Sequence record: OZ035745.1
Source of the DNA: Wanchaivirus PDP110P2
DNA length: 44,134 nucleotides
Reading direction: 5' to 3' (one strand)
The notes beneath the pieces are model-generated. The model worked only from the letters and a program-made list of their open reading frames with translations, had not been told where the DNA came from and did not search any database. The position numbers were made by a program, and so were the translations under genes. Positions 11,499 to 20,299 of the stretch are shown piece by piece (within the stretch, counting starts at the first letter, position 1; the number at the start of each line of letters is the position of its first letter).

Positions 11499-13404
11499 AA
11501 CGCTCAAGGACTTTCTGATCTCGCTTGGGTTCAAAGTTGATGAGGCTGGCGCCAGAAAATTCGATGCCGTCGTTGCCGGGACAACGCTTAAAGCGATTGA
11601 ACTGGGCGTCAAAGTTGAGGCGGCGGCACTTTCCGTCGTTGCATTCACCGCGAAAATTGCCAGCGGTCTCGACGACCTGTACTGGGCCTCTCAGCGCACA
11701 GGCGCGACGGTGGAGGGCATTAAGCAGATTGGGTATGCGGTTAGTCAGGTTGGCGGCAGTGTCGACGGGGCCCGCGGCTCTCTCGAAAATCTTGCCAGGT
11801 TCATGCGTAACAATCCCGGCGCTGAGGGTTTTCTGAACCGGCTGGGGGTTCAAACGCGTGATGCCAGCGGTAACATGCGGGATATGGCGACGATCTTTAC
11901 CGGCGTCGGCCAGCGTCTTAGCAGCATGCCGTATTACCGCGCGAACCAGTACGCTCAGATGCTGGGTCTGGATGAAAACACCCTGATGGCAATGCGTCGC
12001 GGTATCGGCCAGTTTAGTGGCGAATACACCGCGATGGCGAAGGCGATCGGCTATAACGCTGATGTGGCCGCCGTCAGCTCCAATAAATTCATGACCTCGC
12101 TGCGCTCCTTTGGGCTGATGGCAGGCATGGCGCGGGATAAAATCGGCTCCAGTCTCGCTGATGGACTTGCTGGCTCTCTGGACAGGCTGCGTCGCCAGAT
12201 CCTGGAAAACTTCCCGAAAATTGAAGGCGCTATAACCGGTACCGTGAAAGGCATTCTCTGGGCTGGCGAGATGGTAGGCAGGGTAATTTACCGCCTTATT
12301 CAGCTGGGTCAGAGTATCAGCGACTGGTGGGACTCTCTTGATAAGCAGTCGCAGCAGCTGATCGAACTAATTGGAGCGCTAACCGCAGCGTGGTGGATGC
12401 TCAACCGCGCTATGCTCGCATCGCCGATTACGTGGGTTCTCGGTCTTGCCGCTGCCATAGCTTTGCTATGGGAGGATTACCAGACCTGGAAGGAGGGCGG
12501 TAAGAGCCTCATTGACTGGGGTAAATGGAAGCCTGAAGTAGACGCAGCACTGAAGATGGTCGGTGACCTGAAACAGACTGTCCTCGATCTCGGAAAAGCG
12601 CTGGCAAAGCTGCTCAATATCGACCCTAAATCCTGGTCTTTGAAATGGGATTTCAGCAACTTCATTACCCAGATGGGTGAGTTTAGCAAGATGCTGAGTA
12701 TGATCGGCGACCTGATTAACGCTATCAAGGACGGTCGCTGGTCGGATGCTGCAAGCATTGGCAGGGCTCTTCTCAAACAAGGCAGTAACCAGCCTGATGC
12801 GCTGCCCGGCGTTTCTGACAGTGCCAATAGCGCTGCTGACTGGATAAAGGATAAGACAGGATTTGACCCGCGCAGCATAGGCCGTTTCTTCCGTGGCGAG
12901 GGTAATACGCTTGCAGATCGCAACAATAACCCCGGCAATATTCGGCCAGTAGGCGGTGGTGGCTTTCGTACGTTTGGTTCTGCGCTGGAAGGCTGGGAGG
13001 CCATGAAAAACCAGCTCATGCGGTACTTTACTGGTAAAACGACCGGGCGCCGCCTGCAGACTATCATGGATATCGTCAGCACCTGGGCGCCTGCGGCCGA
13101 TAACAACGATCCTGCCAAATATGCCCGTGATGTTGCTGGCTGGATGGGTGTATCGCCGACGGCAGCATTAAACCTGTCCGACCCCAATACGATGGCTATG
13201 CTCATGCAGTCTATGGCCCGCAAAGAGGGATATTCGAACTGGAATAGCCCACTTGCCCATCAGGCTGCTGGAGCGCAGGTGAATCAGCAAAACACCTACA
13301 ACATCTATGGCGGTAATGCTCAGGAGATTGGGCAGGAAGTCAGTCGCCGCCAGCTTGATGCTAATGCCAGGGTGCTGAGAAATAACCAAACTGGAGCAGG
13401 ATGA
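11488..13404 (+). CDS. tail tape measure protein
   Basis: 638-aa ORF after frameshifted chaperone; Ala/Gly-rich helical N-half and hydrophobic segment (ITWVLGLAAAIALLW). Confidence 0.7.
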   Translation: MNAETLKDFLISLGFKVDEAGARKFDAVVAGTTLKAIELGVKVEAAALSVVAFTAKIASGLDDLYWASQRTGATVEGIKQIGYAVSQVGGSVDGARGSLENLARFMRNNPGAEGFLNRLGVQTRDASGNMRDMATIFTGVGQRLSSMPYYRANQYAQMLGLDENTLMAMRRGIGQFSGEYTAMAKAIGYNADVAAVSSNKFMTSLRSFGLMAGMARDKIGSSLADGLAGSLDRLRRQILENFPKIEGAITGTVKGILWAGEMVGRVIYRLIQLGQSISDWWDSLDKQSQQLIELIGALTAAWWMLNRAMLASPITWVLGLAAAIALLWEDYQTWKEGGKSLIDWGKWKPEVDAALKMVGDLKQTVLDLGKALAKLLNIDPKSWSLKWDFSNFITQMGEFSKMLSMIGDLINAIKDGRWSDAASIGRALLKQGSNQPDALPGVSDSANSAADWIKDKTGFDPRSIGRFFRGEGNTLADRNNNPGNIRPVGGGGFRTFGSALEGWEAMKNQLMRYFTGKTTGRRLQTIMDIVSTWAPAADNNDPAKYARDVAGWMGVSPTAALNLSDPNTMAMLMQSMARKEGYSNWNSPLAHQAAGAQVNQQNTYNIYGGNAQEIGQEVSRRQLDANARVLRNNQTGAG

Positions 13405-13979
13405 TGGATATTCTTTCTACTCTCTTTCAGCAGCAGAGCAGGCGGATCGGGCTGATAGTCCCCAGTGTTGTTATTTCGGAAAAGCACGATGACTCTCTTG
13501 AAATAACCGAGCATCCCGTAGAGGTTGGCGCAGCAATTTCCGACCATGCATTTCGACGCCCTTCGGAAGTGGTAATGCAGGTCGGTTTCGCTGGTGGCGG
13601 TTCCTTGCTTGACTTTGTAGATACGTCTTCTCTTGGGCTGAGCGTAGGTATTGGCCCGAAGGAGACGTATCAGGAACTGTTAAATCTGCAGAGCAGCAGG
13701 GTGCCTTTAGATGTGGTGACCGGTAAGCGTATTTACACCAATATGCTGATCCGTGCGCTTGAGGTCACTACCGACAGGACGTCGGAAAATATTCTATCTG
13801 CCGTGCTGACGCTCCGGGAAGTGATTATCACAAGCACAACCACCACACATGTGGCTCCAAAGTCCAATATGAAGTTAGGGGCGAATACCTCTGCCGTGCA
13901 AAACTCCGGGGTGAAAACGCCAGTGCAAAAAAATGAATCAATACTGAGCCGGTTAAGTGGCTTTGTAGCGGGAGGGTAA
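13401..13979 (+). CDS. tail/baseplate assembly protein (hypothetical)
   Basis: 192-aa ORF overlapping tape measure stop. Confidence 0.45.
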   Translation: MMDILSTLFQQQSRRIGLIVPSVVISEKHDDSLEITEHPVEVGAAISDHAFRRPSEVVMQVGFAGGGSLLDFVDTSSLGLSVGIGPKETYQELLNLQSSRVPLDVVTGKRIYTNMLIRALEVTTDRTSENILSAVLTLREVIITSTTTTHVAPKSNMKLGANTSAVQNSGVKTPVQKNESILSRLSGFVAGG

Positions 13980-14282
13980 ATGACGATCAGCGAAATCCCT
14001 CTTTCCCCGGAAAACCAGCGATTCTCCATATCCGTGGCAGGTCGAAGTCTGCAAATGGCTGTGACCTGGCGCGCTGCTTTCTGGTGTCTGGATATTATGG
14101 ATAGCAGTGGTGCGGACCTGATAAAGGGGATCCCGCTTATCACCGGCGCCGACCTGCTGGCGCAGTATCGCTATCTCGGGCTTGGCTTTTCGCTTTATGT
14201 TGGCTGTGACAACCAGTCCAGCGAAAATCCCACTGAGGCCGATCTGGGGATTTACAGCCATCTTTATGCGGTAACGGAGTAA
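13980..14282 (+). CDS. hypothetical tail protein
   Basis: 100-aa ORF, RBS GGGAGGG upstream. Confidence 0.4.
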   Translation: MTISEIPLSPENQRFSISVAGRSLQMAVTWRAAFWCLDIMDSSGADLIKGIPLITGADLLAQYRYLGLGFSLYVGCDNQSSENPTEADLGIYSHLYAVTE

Positions 14283-14284
14283 AA

Positions 14285-15352
14285 ATGTCTCAGAACTGGA
14301 TGCGGCACTTCGAATTGCAGTTAGTCGATTCGAAGGGGAACGCTACTGATTTTGGTAGCTTCAAGGTCACTTTTACTATCGACTGGTTTAACCTCAGCAG
14401 CGAAACGCGAGTAGGTACTTTCAAAATCTATAACCTTTCAGCTGATACCGTAAACCGGATCGTCGGTGAGGAATTCTCCCGGATTAGGGTTATCGCTGGA
14501 TACGATGGCATTGCAGCTGACGTTCCCGCCAGTCAGGTAGGCGTAGCCAGGACAGTAAACCCCGATGAAGTCGGGCAGATGGACGGTCGAAATTATGGGC
14601 TGATTTTCGACGGGGAAATCCGGTACACCATCACAGGGAAAGATAACCCCGTTGATAGCTTTGTCCTCATTCAGGCGGCTGATTCTGACCGGGCATTCGC
14701 TACCTCGATCACTGCGCAGACGCTGGCGGCTGGCTATACGGTCTCTGACGTCAATGCAGTGCTAATGAAGGACTTCAACGCTAACGGGGCCACGGAAGGG
14801 AATACCCCTACCATGCCTGCAACGGTGTTTCCTCGCGGCAGGGTGCTTTTTGGTATGACCCGGCATCTGATGGATAACGTCGCCGAGCAATGCAAGGCTG
14901 ACTGGATGTTTGTCGACGGCAAGCGGGAAATGGTGGCGAAAAATGAGTTTGTTCACGAAGCCATTAAACTGAACAGCGCCACCGGCCTTGTAGGTATGCC
15001 TCAGCAGACCATTGGTAGTGGAGTTAACGTCCGCTGCCTGATTAACCCTAACATCCGCGTTAATGGCCTGATCGAGCTGAATCAGGCTTCTGTATTCCGT
15101 ACCGTGCTGGGAAATAACGATATCGCCATGACGCAAGGGCGTATCACTGACCAGAACAACAACGGAAACATCACCATTGAAGGCACAACTGCGCAGCCTG
15201 CCAGTATTGCGACTGACGGCGTTTATATTGTCCGTGGCATTATGTACACTGGCGACACAAGGGGCCAGGCGTGGTACATGGATATGATGTGTGAAGCGCG
15301 TGGCGCGATGGATCTAAAAACTCAATCAGCACTGGAGAGAGGCGCTGGGTGA
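14285..15352 (+). CDS. putative baseplate hub / tail protein
   Basis: 355-aa ORF in tail module following tape measure-proximal genes. Confidence 0.45.
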   Translation: MSQNWMRHFELQLVDSKGNATDFGSFKVTFTIDWFNLSSETRVGTFKIYNLSADTVNRIVGEEFSRIRVIAGYDGIAADVPASQVGVARTVNPDEVGQMDGRNYGLIFDGEIRYTITGKDNPVDSFVLIQAADSDRAFATSITAQTLAAGYTVSDVNAVLMKDFNANGATEGNTPTMPATVFPRGRVLFGMTRHLMDNVAEQCKADWMFVDGKREMVAKNEFVHEAIKLNSATGLVGMPQQTIGSGVNVRCLINPNIRVNGLIELNQASVFRTVLGNNDIAMTQGRITDQNNNGNITIEGTTAQPASIATDGVYIVRGIMYTGDTRGQAWYMDMMCEARGAMDLKTQSALERGAG

Positions 15353-15681
15353 AAAAATTATTGATATTGATCGCTTTATTTTCTGCACCGGCACTTTCTG
15401 CCATCCAATGTGGCGGTTACAAGCTAACTATTAACGATTCTGAGGGTCTGGTAAGAATCAATGGAGAATTGGTTACCAGTCAAAAGGTTAAATATCTCGG
15501 AAAGAAAGGTGACGAATCAAATGCCAAATGGGATATGGGTATAATGCCTTCCCGTGATGGAAATAATTACGGATTTCAATTCATCAAGCGGGATGGCAAA
15601 TCTTGGCTCAATGTTCAACTGCTACAGAACAGTATGGATGCGCCTAAATTGATTGGTTCATATCCATGCAAAACAGTATAA
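15349..15681 (+). CDS. secreted small protein (signal peptide; moron candidate)
   Basis: GTG start overlapping previous stop, GGAGAGAGG RBS; N-terminus MKKLLILIALFSAPALSA is a signal peptide; two Cys; locally AT-rich. Confidence 0.5.
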   Translation: MKKLLILIALFSAPALSAIQCGGYKLTINDSEGLVRINGELVTSQKVKYLGKKGDESNAKWDMGIMPSRDGNNYGFQFIKRDGKSWLNVQLLQNSMDAPKLIGSYPCKTV

Positions 15682-15684
15682 AAA

Positions 15685-15705
15685 AGCCCTGAGTTAATCA
15701 GGGCT
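15685..15705 (-). terminator. bidirectional terminator hairpin between convergent genes
   Basis: agccctga-gttaa-tcagggct flanked by A-run (T-run on - strand). Confidence 0.55.
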
Positions 15706-15711
15706 AAAATC

Positions 15712-16029
15712 TCACTGCTTAAATATTTGCGATAGAACTATGGCGGCAATGATGAAAACTGCAAGCCTCCACCAATGGATCCCTTCCCTTTGAGCCGTTG
15801 GTTCCTGTTCTGAAAATTCCTCTTCCGATGTAGCTTTTCCAGATTTTTTCCCTGGGCCAACGGTGTATGACAAACCGGATCCCGGAATTCCAACGGTGGT
15901 TTTTATTCCTCTTCCACTTATGTTGGTAGTGGCGCCTTTTGGGCCAATCGACGTACTAACGCCACTCTTGCTGATATTGATTGCTAGGCCTGGAGCTATG
16001 CGTATCCGCTTCCTAAATCTGAAGCCCAT
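15712..16029 (-). CDS. DUF4236-like small membrane protein (opposite-strand moron)
   Basis: ATG with AGGAG RBS; N-terminus MGFRFRKRIRIAPGLAINISKSGVSTSIG and C-terminal hydrophobic helix; only minus-strand gene in the tail module, with its own terminator. Confidence 0.55.
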   Translation of the reverse strand: MGFRFRKRIRIAPGLAINISKSGVSTSIGPKGATTNISGRGIKTTVGIPGSGLSYTVGPGKKSGKATSEEEFSEQEPTAQREGIHWWRLAVFIIAAIVLSQIFKQ

Positions 16030-16078
16030 AGGTATCTCCTGTAGTCAAAAATACTAAGTAATTAAATTTTTATTCTAC

Positions 16079-16095
16079 CCCTCACTAAGTGAGGG
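16079..16095. promoter_or_regulatory. perfect 7-bp palindrome hairpin (ccctcac-taa-gtgaggg) in moron promoter region
   Basis: Seen directly; lies between divergent gene starts 16029 (-) and 16117 (+). Confidence 0.4.
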
Positions 16096-16116
16096 TAATC
16101 ATTATCTGGAGAAAAC

Positions 16117-16848
16117 ATGGGCGTATCAAGCCAAACCCGTAGTGGGGCGCTGGCGGAGGTTCTGGCGTCTGAGCGAAAGACGCTTAGCGAGCAAATGCGC
16201 GTAGCACTGCCGGGGATCATCCAGTCATTCGACCCAGAATCTTTGACGGCTGTTGTTCAGCCAGCGATCCGCTACATCGAGCGCGACAACGACGGCAACA
16301 AAAGCACGAAGGATTATCCGCTGCTGGTGGATGTTCCAGTTGTATTCCCCCGCGGGGGCGGCTGTACGCTCACTTTTCCCGTTAGCGAAGGCGATGAGTG
16401 TCTGGTGATATTTGCCGACCGCTGCATTGATTTCTGGTGGCAAAGCGGGGGTGTACAGGAGCCGGTAGACGGGCGCATGCATGATTTATCGGATGCGTTC
16501 TGTATCGTGGGCCCGCAGTCGCAGGCGAAGAAAATCGGCGGCATCAGCACTACGGGAGCGCAGCTGCGTACCGATGATGGTTCGGCTTTCATTGAGGTGG
16601 CCGCCGGAGGGGATATCACTGCCACCACCGCCGGCAGCGCGACTATTAACGCCCCGGAAATCGTCCTTAACGGCAACGTGACGATCAACGGCAACCTGTC
16701 GCAAGGAATGGGTGAGAGAGGAGGCACGGCCACAATGCACGGCCCGGTCACCGTAACCAACGATGTGACAGCAGGCGGTAAGAGCCTGATGACGCACATG
16801 CATGGTGGGGTTGAGCATGGTAACGACAGCACCGGGGGGCCTGAATAA
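16117..16848 (+). CDS. putative baseplate central spike protein (Gp138_N-like)
   Basis: 243-aa ORF; C-terminal repetitive beta-helix-like segment (ITATTAGSATINAPEIVLNGNVTINGNL). Confidence 0.55.
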   Translation: MGVSSQTRSGALAEVLASERKTLSEQMRVALPGIIQSFDPESLTAVVQPAIRYIERDNDGNKSTKDYPLLVDVPVVFPRGGGCTLTFPVSEGDECLVIFADRCIDFWWQSGGVQEPVDGRMHDLSDAFCIVGPQSQAKKIGGISTTGAQLRTDDGSAFIEVAAGGDITATTAGSATINAPEIVLNGNVTINGNLSQGMGERGGTATMHGPVTVTNDVTAGGKSLMTHMHGGVEHGNDSTGGPE

Positions 16849-17201
16849 TGCGATACCGACGTGAAGACGATGACGGTGATTACACCTTTGGACAGGGTGA
16901 TGATACCTGGCTGGTAAACTCTCCTGAGGCCGTAGCGCAGGCCATTAAAACGCGCTTTCTGCTTTGGTACGGGCAGTGGTTTCTGGACACCACAGAAGGT
17001 ACGCCGTGGATTCAGTCCGTTCTGGGTAAGCAAAAGCCGGATACCTACAACCTCGCTATCCGTAAGCGGATCCTAGAAACGCAGGGGGTTAGCTCAATCA
17101 CTGCATTTAACACCACCGTTGACGGTACCACGCGCCGTGTAACGTTCACAGCAACGGTGGAAACCATCTACGGGACAACCACAGTAACTTCGGAGGCGTA
17201 A
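16848..17201 (+). CDS. small baseplate protein (hypothetical)
   Basis: 117-aa ORF, ATGA overlap with neighbours. Confidence 0.45.
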   Translation: MRYRREDDDGDYTFGQGDDTWLVNSPEAVAQAIKTRFLLWYGQWFLDTTEGTPWIQSVLGKQKPDTYNLAIRKRILETQGVSSITAFNTTVDGTTRRVTFTATVETIYGTTTVTSEA

Positions 17202-18397
17202 TGGCTCTGGACCTCGACACACTCGGCTTATCGGCAACGGTAACCGCTGAGGGGATAAGTGCGCCTGATTATCAGACGATACTCAGCACCCTGATTAGCT
17301 ATTTTCAGCAGATTTATGGCAGTGATGCCTATCTCGACCCGGACAGCAAAGACGGCCAGATGGTCGCTCTGGTGGCTCTGGCCATTCACGATGCCAACAA
17401 CACGGCCATTTCTGTTTACCGGTCATTTTCTCCGTCGACGGCGCTGGACGATGCATTAACCAGTAACGTCAAAATTAACGGCATCACTCGCCGTGCTGCG
17501 ACAAACTCTACGGTCGATGAGCTGATTGAAGGCGAAGCCGGAACGTTGATCACAAACGGGTCTGTGAAAGATGCCAACGGTATCATCTGGAATCTTCCTG
17601 CTCAGGTGACAATTGGTATTGATGGGACGGTTATTGCTACAGCGACGTGTTCTGTTGCTGGTGCTGTGGCCGCCCCTGCCGGGTCAGTCAATAAGATAAA
17701 CACCCCGACACGTGGTTGGGTATCAGTAACTAACCCGCAAGCGGCTACGGTAGGCGTTGCTGCCGAAACAAATGCTGAATTGCGTGTCCGGCAATCACAG
17801 AGCGTTGCTTTACCCTCTCTGACGCCGTTTGAGGCGGTAGATGGTGCGATAGCAAACATCAGCGGCGTAACCCGTCACAAGCTGTATGAGAACGATACAG
17901 ATAACACTGATGCAAATGGCCTGCCGCCGCACTCAATCGCGGCCATTGTAGAAGGTGGTGATGCGACGGTCATTGCAAACAGCATTCGTGGTGTGAAAGG
18001 GCAGGGCGTCACACCCTACGGTAGTACGGTGATTGTTGTGCCTGATAAGTACGGAAACCCTCACCCGGTAGGTTTTTCAAGGCCGGTCGATGTACCCATC
18101 TACGTCAAAATCACTATCGAACCTCTTACGGGCTATACATCCCAGGTTGGCGAAGAGATAAAGGCGGCTGTATCTGCCTACATTAACTCTCTGGCAATCG
18201 GCGCCAGCGTTCTTCTCAGTCGCGTTTACTCACCGGCTAACCTTGGTGTTGTCAGTGGAGGTAATGCCAGGTATTACGACATTACCGAGTTGCTGATCGG
18301 GACGTCTGCCGGTGGCGTAGCCGCGGCAAACGTGGATATTGCCTTTGACCAGTCAGCATCCTGTGCCGTCAGCAATATTAATCTGGTGGTCTCATGA
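17201..18397 (+). CDS. baseplate J-like protein
   Basis: 398-aa ORF in baseplate block, overlapping start/stop with neighbours. Confidence 0.55.
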   Translation: MALDLDTLGLSATVTAEGISAPDYQTILSTLISYFQQIYGSDAYLDPDSKDGQMVALVALAIHDANNTAISVYRSFSPSTALDDALTSNVKINGITRRAATNSTVDELIEGEAGTLITNGSVKDANGIIWNLPAQVTIGIDGTVIATATCSVAGAVAAPAGSVNKINTPTRGWVSVTNPQAATVGVAAETNAELRVRQSQSVALPSLTPFEAVDGAIANISGVTRHKLYENDTDNTDANGLPPHSIAAIVEGGDATVIANSIRGVKGQGVTPYGSTVIVVPDKYGNPHPVGFSRPVDVPIYVKITIEPLTGYTSQVGEEIKAAVSAYINSLAIGASVLLSRVYSPANLGVVSGGNARYYDITELLIGTSAGGVAAANVDIAFDQSASCAVSNINLVVS

Positions 18398-19167
18398 GCA
18401 GATACACTGACCGCATAACAAACTACCACGCCGGTAAACCAAAGTTCTTTGCCCACGTCGACCTGTCCACCAGGCCACTGAGTGATGTTTCCGATGCCAT
18501 GTCACGGCTAATACCCGATTTTGATATTGATACCGCCGTAGGCGTGCAACTCGACGTTGTGGGCGAATGGGTTGGTCGTTCCCGTCGCGTGGCTACACCG
18601 GTAACCGGGATTTATTTTTCGTGGGACACCGAACGGGTTGGCTGGGACCAGGGGATTTGGCAGGGCCCATATGACCCAAACGATGGGTTTATCGATCTCA
18701 GTGATGAAATATATCGGCTAATGCTGAAGGTGAAAGTGGCGATAAACAACTGGGATGGACAGAACGACTCGCTTCCTCCAATTCTTGATACCGCCCTTGC
18801 CGGGTCCGGGATCCGGATGGCTATTGTCGACAACCAGGATATGTCGATTTCTATCTGGATACTCGGTGACCCATCGGTAGCTCTAAGTGAAATAGACCGG
18901 TTAATTCTGGATAGCGCCGTCAATAAAGGCCCCTTTATCGCATTACCGGCAGGTTACGTACCATCGCGCTATGACATTAACCCGATTGACCAGGTTAACA
19001 GCGAGCTATGGTGGGCGATTCAGAACGGTTATATGACGGTTAAGGCCGCAGGGGTTCGTGTCCGTGAAATAGAGACCGTTAGTGATGGTTATCAGTTTTT
19101 TGGCTTCGATATCGAAAATGACTATATCGCTGGTTTCGACCGCGGGTCATGGGGAGAGCAATTTTAA
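18394..19167 (+). CDS. tail protein (DUF2612-like, putative)
   Basis: 257-aa ORF between baseplate J-like gene and tail fibre. Confidence 0.45.
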   Translation: MSRYTDRITNYHAGKPKFFAHVDLSTRPLSDVSDAMSRLIPDFDIDTAVGVQLDVVGEWVGRSRRVATPVTGIYFSWDTERVGWDQGIWQGPYDPNDGFIDLSDEIYRLMLKVKVAINNWDGQNDSLPPILDTALAGSGIRMAIVDNQDMSISIWILGDPSVALSEIDRLILDSAVNKGPFIALPAGYVPSRYDINPIDQVNSELWWAIQNGYMTVKAAGVRVREIETVSDGYQFFGFDIENDYIAGFDRGSWGEQF

Positions 19168-20048
19168 TGGCGACTAACGATTTTAAGCCCTTCGCTACTG
19201 GTAGCGGGGCAAACGTATTATCACAAGCTGATTATGATGCACTGTCGGCCAGAACAACTGGCTTTTTAAGTGGCAAAGCGTCTTCGGCCCAGGTCAACAA
19301 AGCTTTAAGGCAGGCATCAACTATTGCGGCGGTTGTGGCGCAGTTTATTTCGGATAACAGCGGCGATGACACCCTTGATAACGGTAATTTACCTACCTTA
19401 CTGGCTAGTCTCGAAAGCGCCCTCCTCAAGTCCTCCCCTGGGCGGTTACAGAATATCGTTATCTTTACCGCAAATGGGACCTACACCCCATCGCCAGGAA
19501 CCAAACATGTAAAAGTTATTGTTACTGGCGGTGGCGGCGGTGGTGGTGGTTGTCAGGGAACTTCCGGATCTGAATCAGTTTCAGGTGGCGGCGGCGGTGC
19601 TGGTGGTACGGCCATTGGTTATTTTGCTGTAACTGAATCCAGCTATGCAGTCACTGTAGGTGCTGGTGGTTCTGCTGGCGTTGGTGCTGTCCAGGGTGGA
19701 ACAGGCGGAACCTCAATCATTAACGGCATTAGCGGATTGGGCGGAGATGGTGGTCAGAAATCAGGGATCACTACGCTGGCTGGCGGGAAAGGCGGTGTTT
19801 CTATTGGTGGCTCGGTTAACCTTCCCGGAGGTTACGGTACCGATGGGCAAAATGGCTCCCTGATTATCCCCGGCAATGGAGGATCATCATATTGGGGCGG
19901 CGGTGGTCGTGGGGGCGCACGCGGGGGCGTGGCGGGGGATTGTTATGGTTCCGGTGGTGGTGGTGCATATGATGCTGCCATGTCTGGTAACTCCTACAAT
20001 GGCGGACAGGGGAAAGCAGGGATTGTATATATTGAGGAATATTCTTGA
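19167..20048 (+). CDS. tail fibre protein with glycine-rich C-terminal domain (paralog 1)
   Basis: ATG 19167 overlaps previous TAA with GGGGAGAG RBS (frame opens at 19149); poly-Gly block GGGGGGGGCQG; C-terminal domain similar to gene 23829..24860. Confidence 0.6.
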   Translation: MATNDFKPFATGSGANVLSQADYDALSARTTGFLSGKASSAQVNKALRQASTIAAVVAQFISDNSGDDTLDNGNLPTLLASLESALLKSSPGRLQNIVIFTANGTYTPSPGTKHVKVIVTGGGGGGGGCQGTSGSESVSGGGGGAGGTAIGYFAVTESSYAVTVGAGGSAGVGAVQGGTGGTSIINGISGLGGDGGQKSGITTLAGGKGGVSIGGSVNLPGGYGTDGQNGSLIIPGNGGSSYWGGGGRGGARGGVAGDCYGSGGGGAYDAAMSGNSYNGGQGKAGIVYIEEYS

Positions 20049-20245
20049 TGGTAAGCAAGTATGCAGTCCTTAAAGAAGGCGTGGTAGAAAACATTATTGT
20101 TGCTGATGATAATTACTCTCCTGATGATTTCGAAGTCGTAAAATATAGTGACGAAACATTTTGCCAGCCAGGCATGTTGTACAATAAAGAGGATGGTTTA
20201 TTTTATGATGATAAACAATCATCAAGAATAAATAACATTATCTAA
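20048..20245 (+). CDS. small hypothetical protein (AT-rich; possible fibre-associated chaperone)
   Basis: ATG 20048 overlapping fibre stop; AT-rich; followed by terminator. Confidence 0.4.
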   Translation: MVSKYAVLKEGVVENIIVADDNYSPDDFEVVKYSDETFCQPGMLYNKEDGLFYDDKQSSRINNII

Positions 20246-20265
20246 ATATCTATACATTACCAATC

Positions 20266-20288
20266 AACCGGCTTATGCCGGTTTTTTA
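20266..20288 (+). terminator. rho-independent terminator
   Basis: accggc-ttat-gccggt hairpin followed by tttttt. Confidence 0.6.
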
Positions 20289-20299
20289 TTGGGGCGACC

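Noticed and set aside
12477-13223. 248-aa minus-strand ORF
   Set aside because: Lies entirely within the tape measure gene on the opposite strand; spurious.
16314-17033. 239-aa minus-strand ORF
   Set aside because: Antisense to baseplate spike gene; Pro/Ser/Thr-rich low-complexity translation; spurious.
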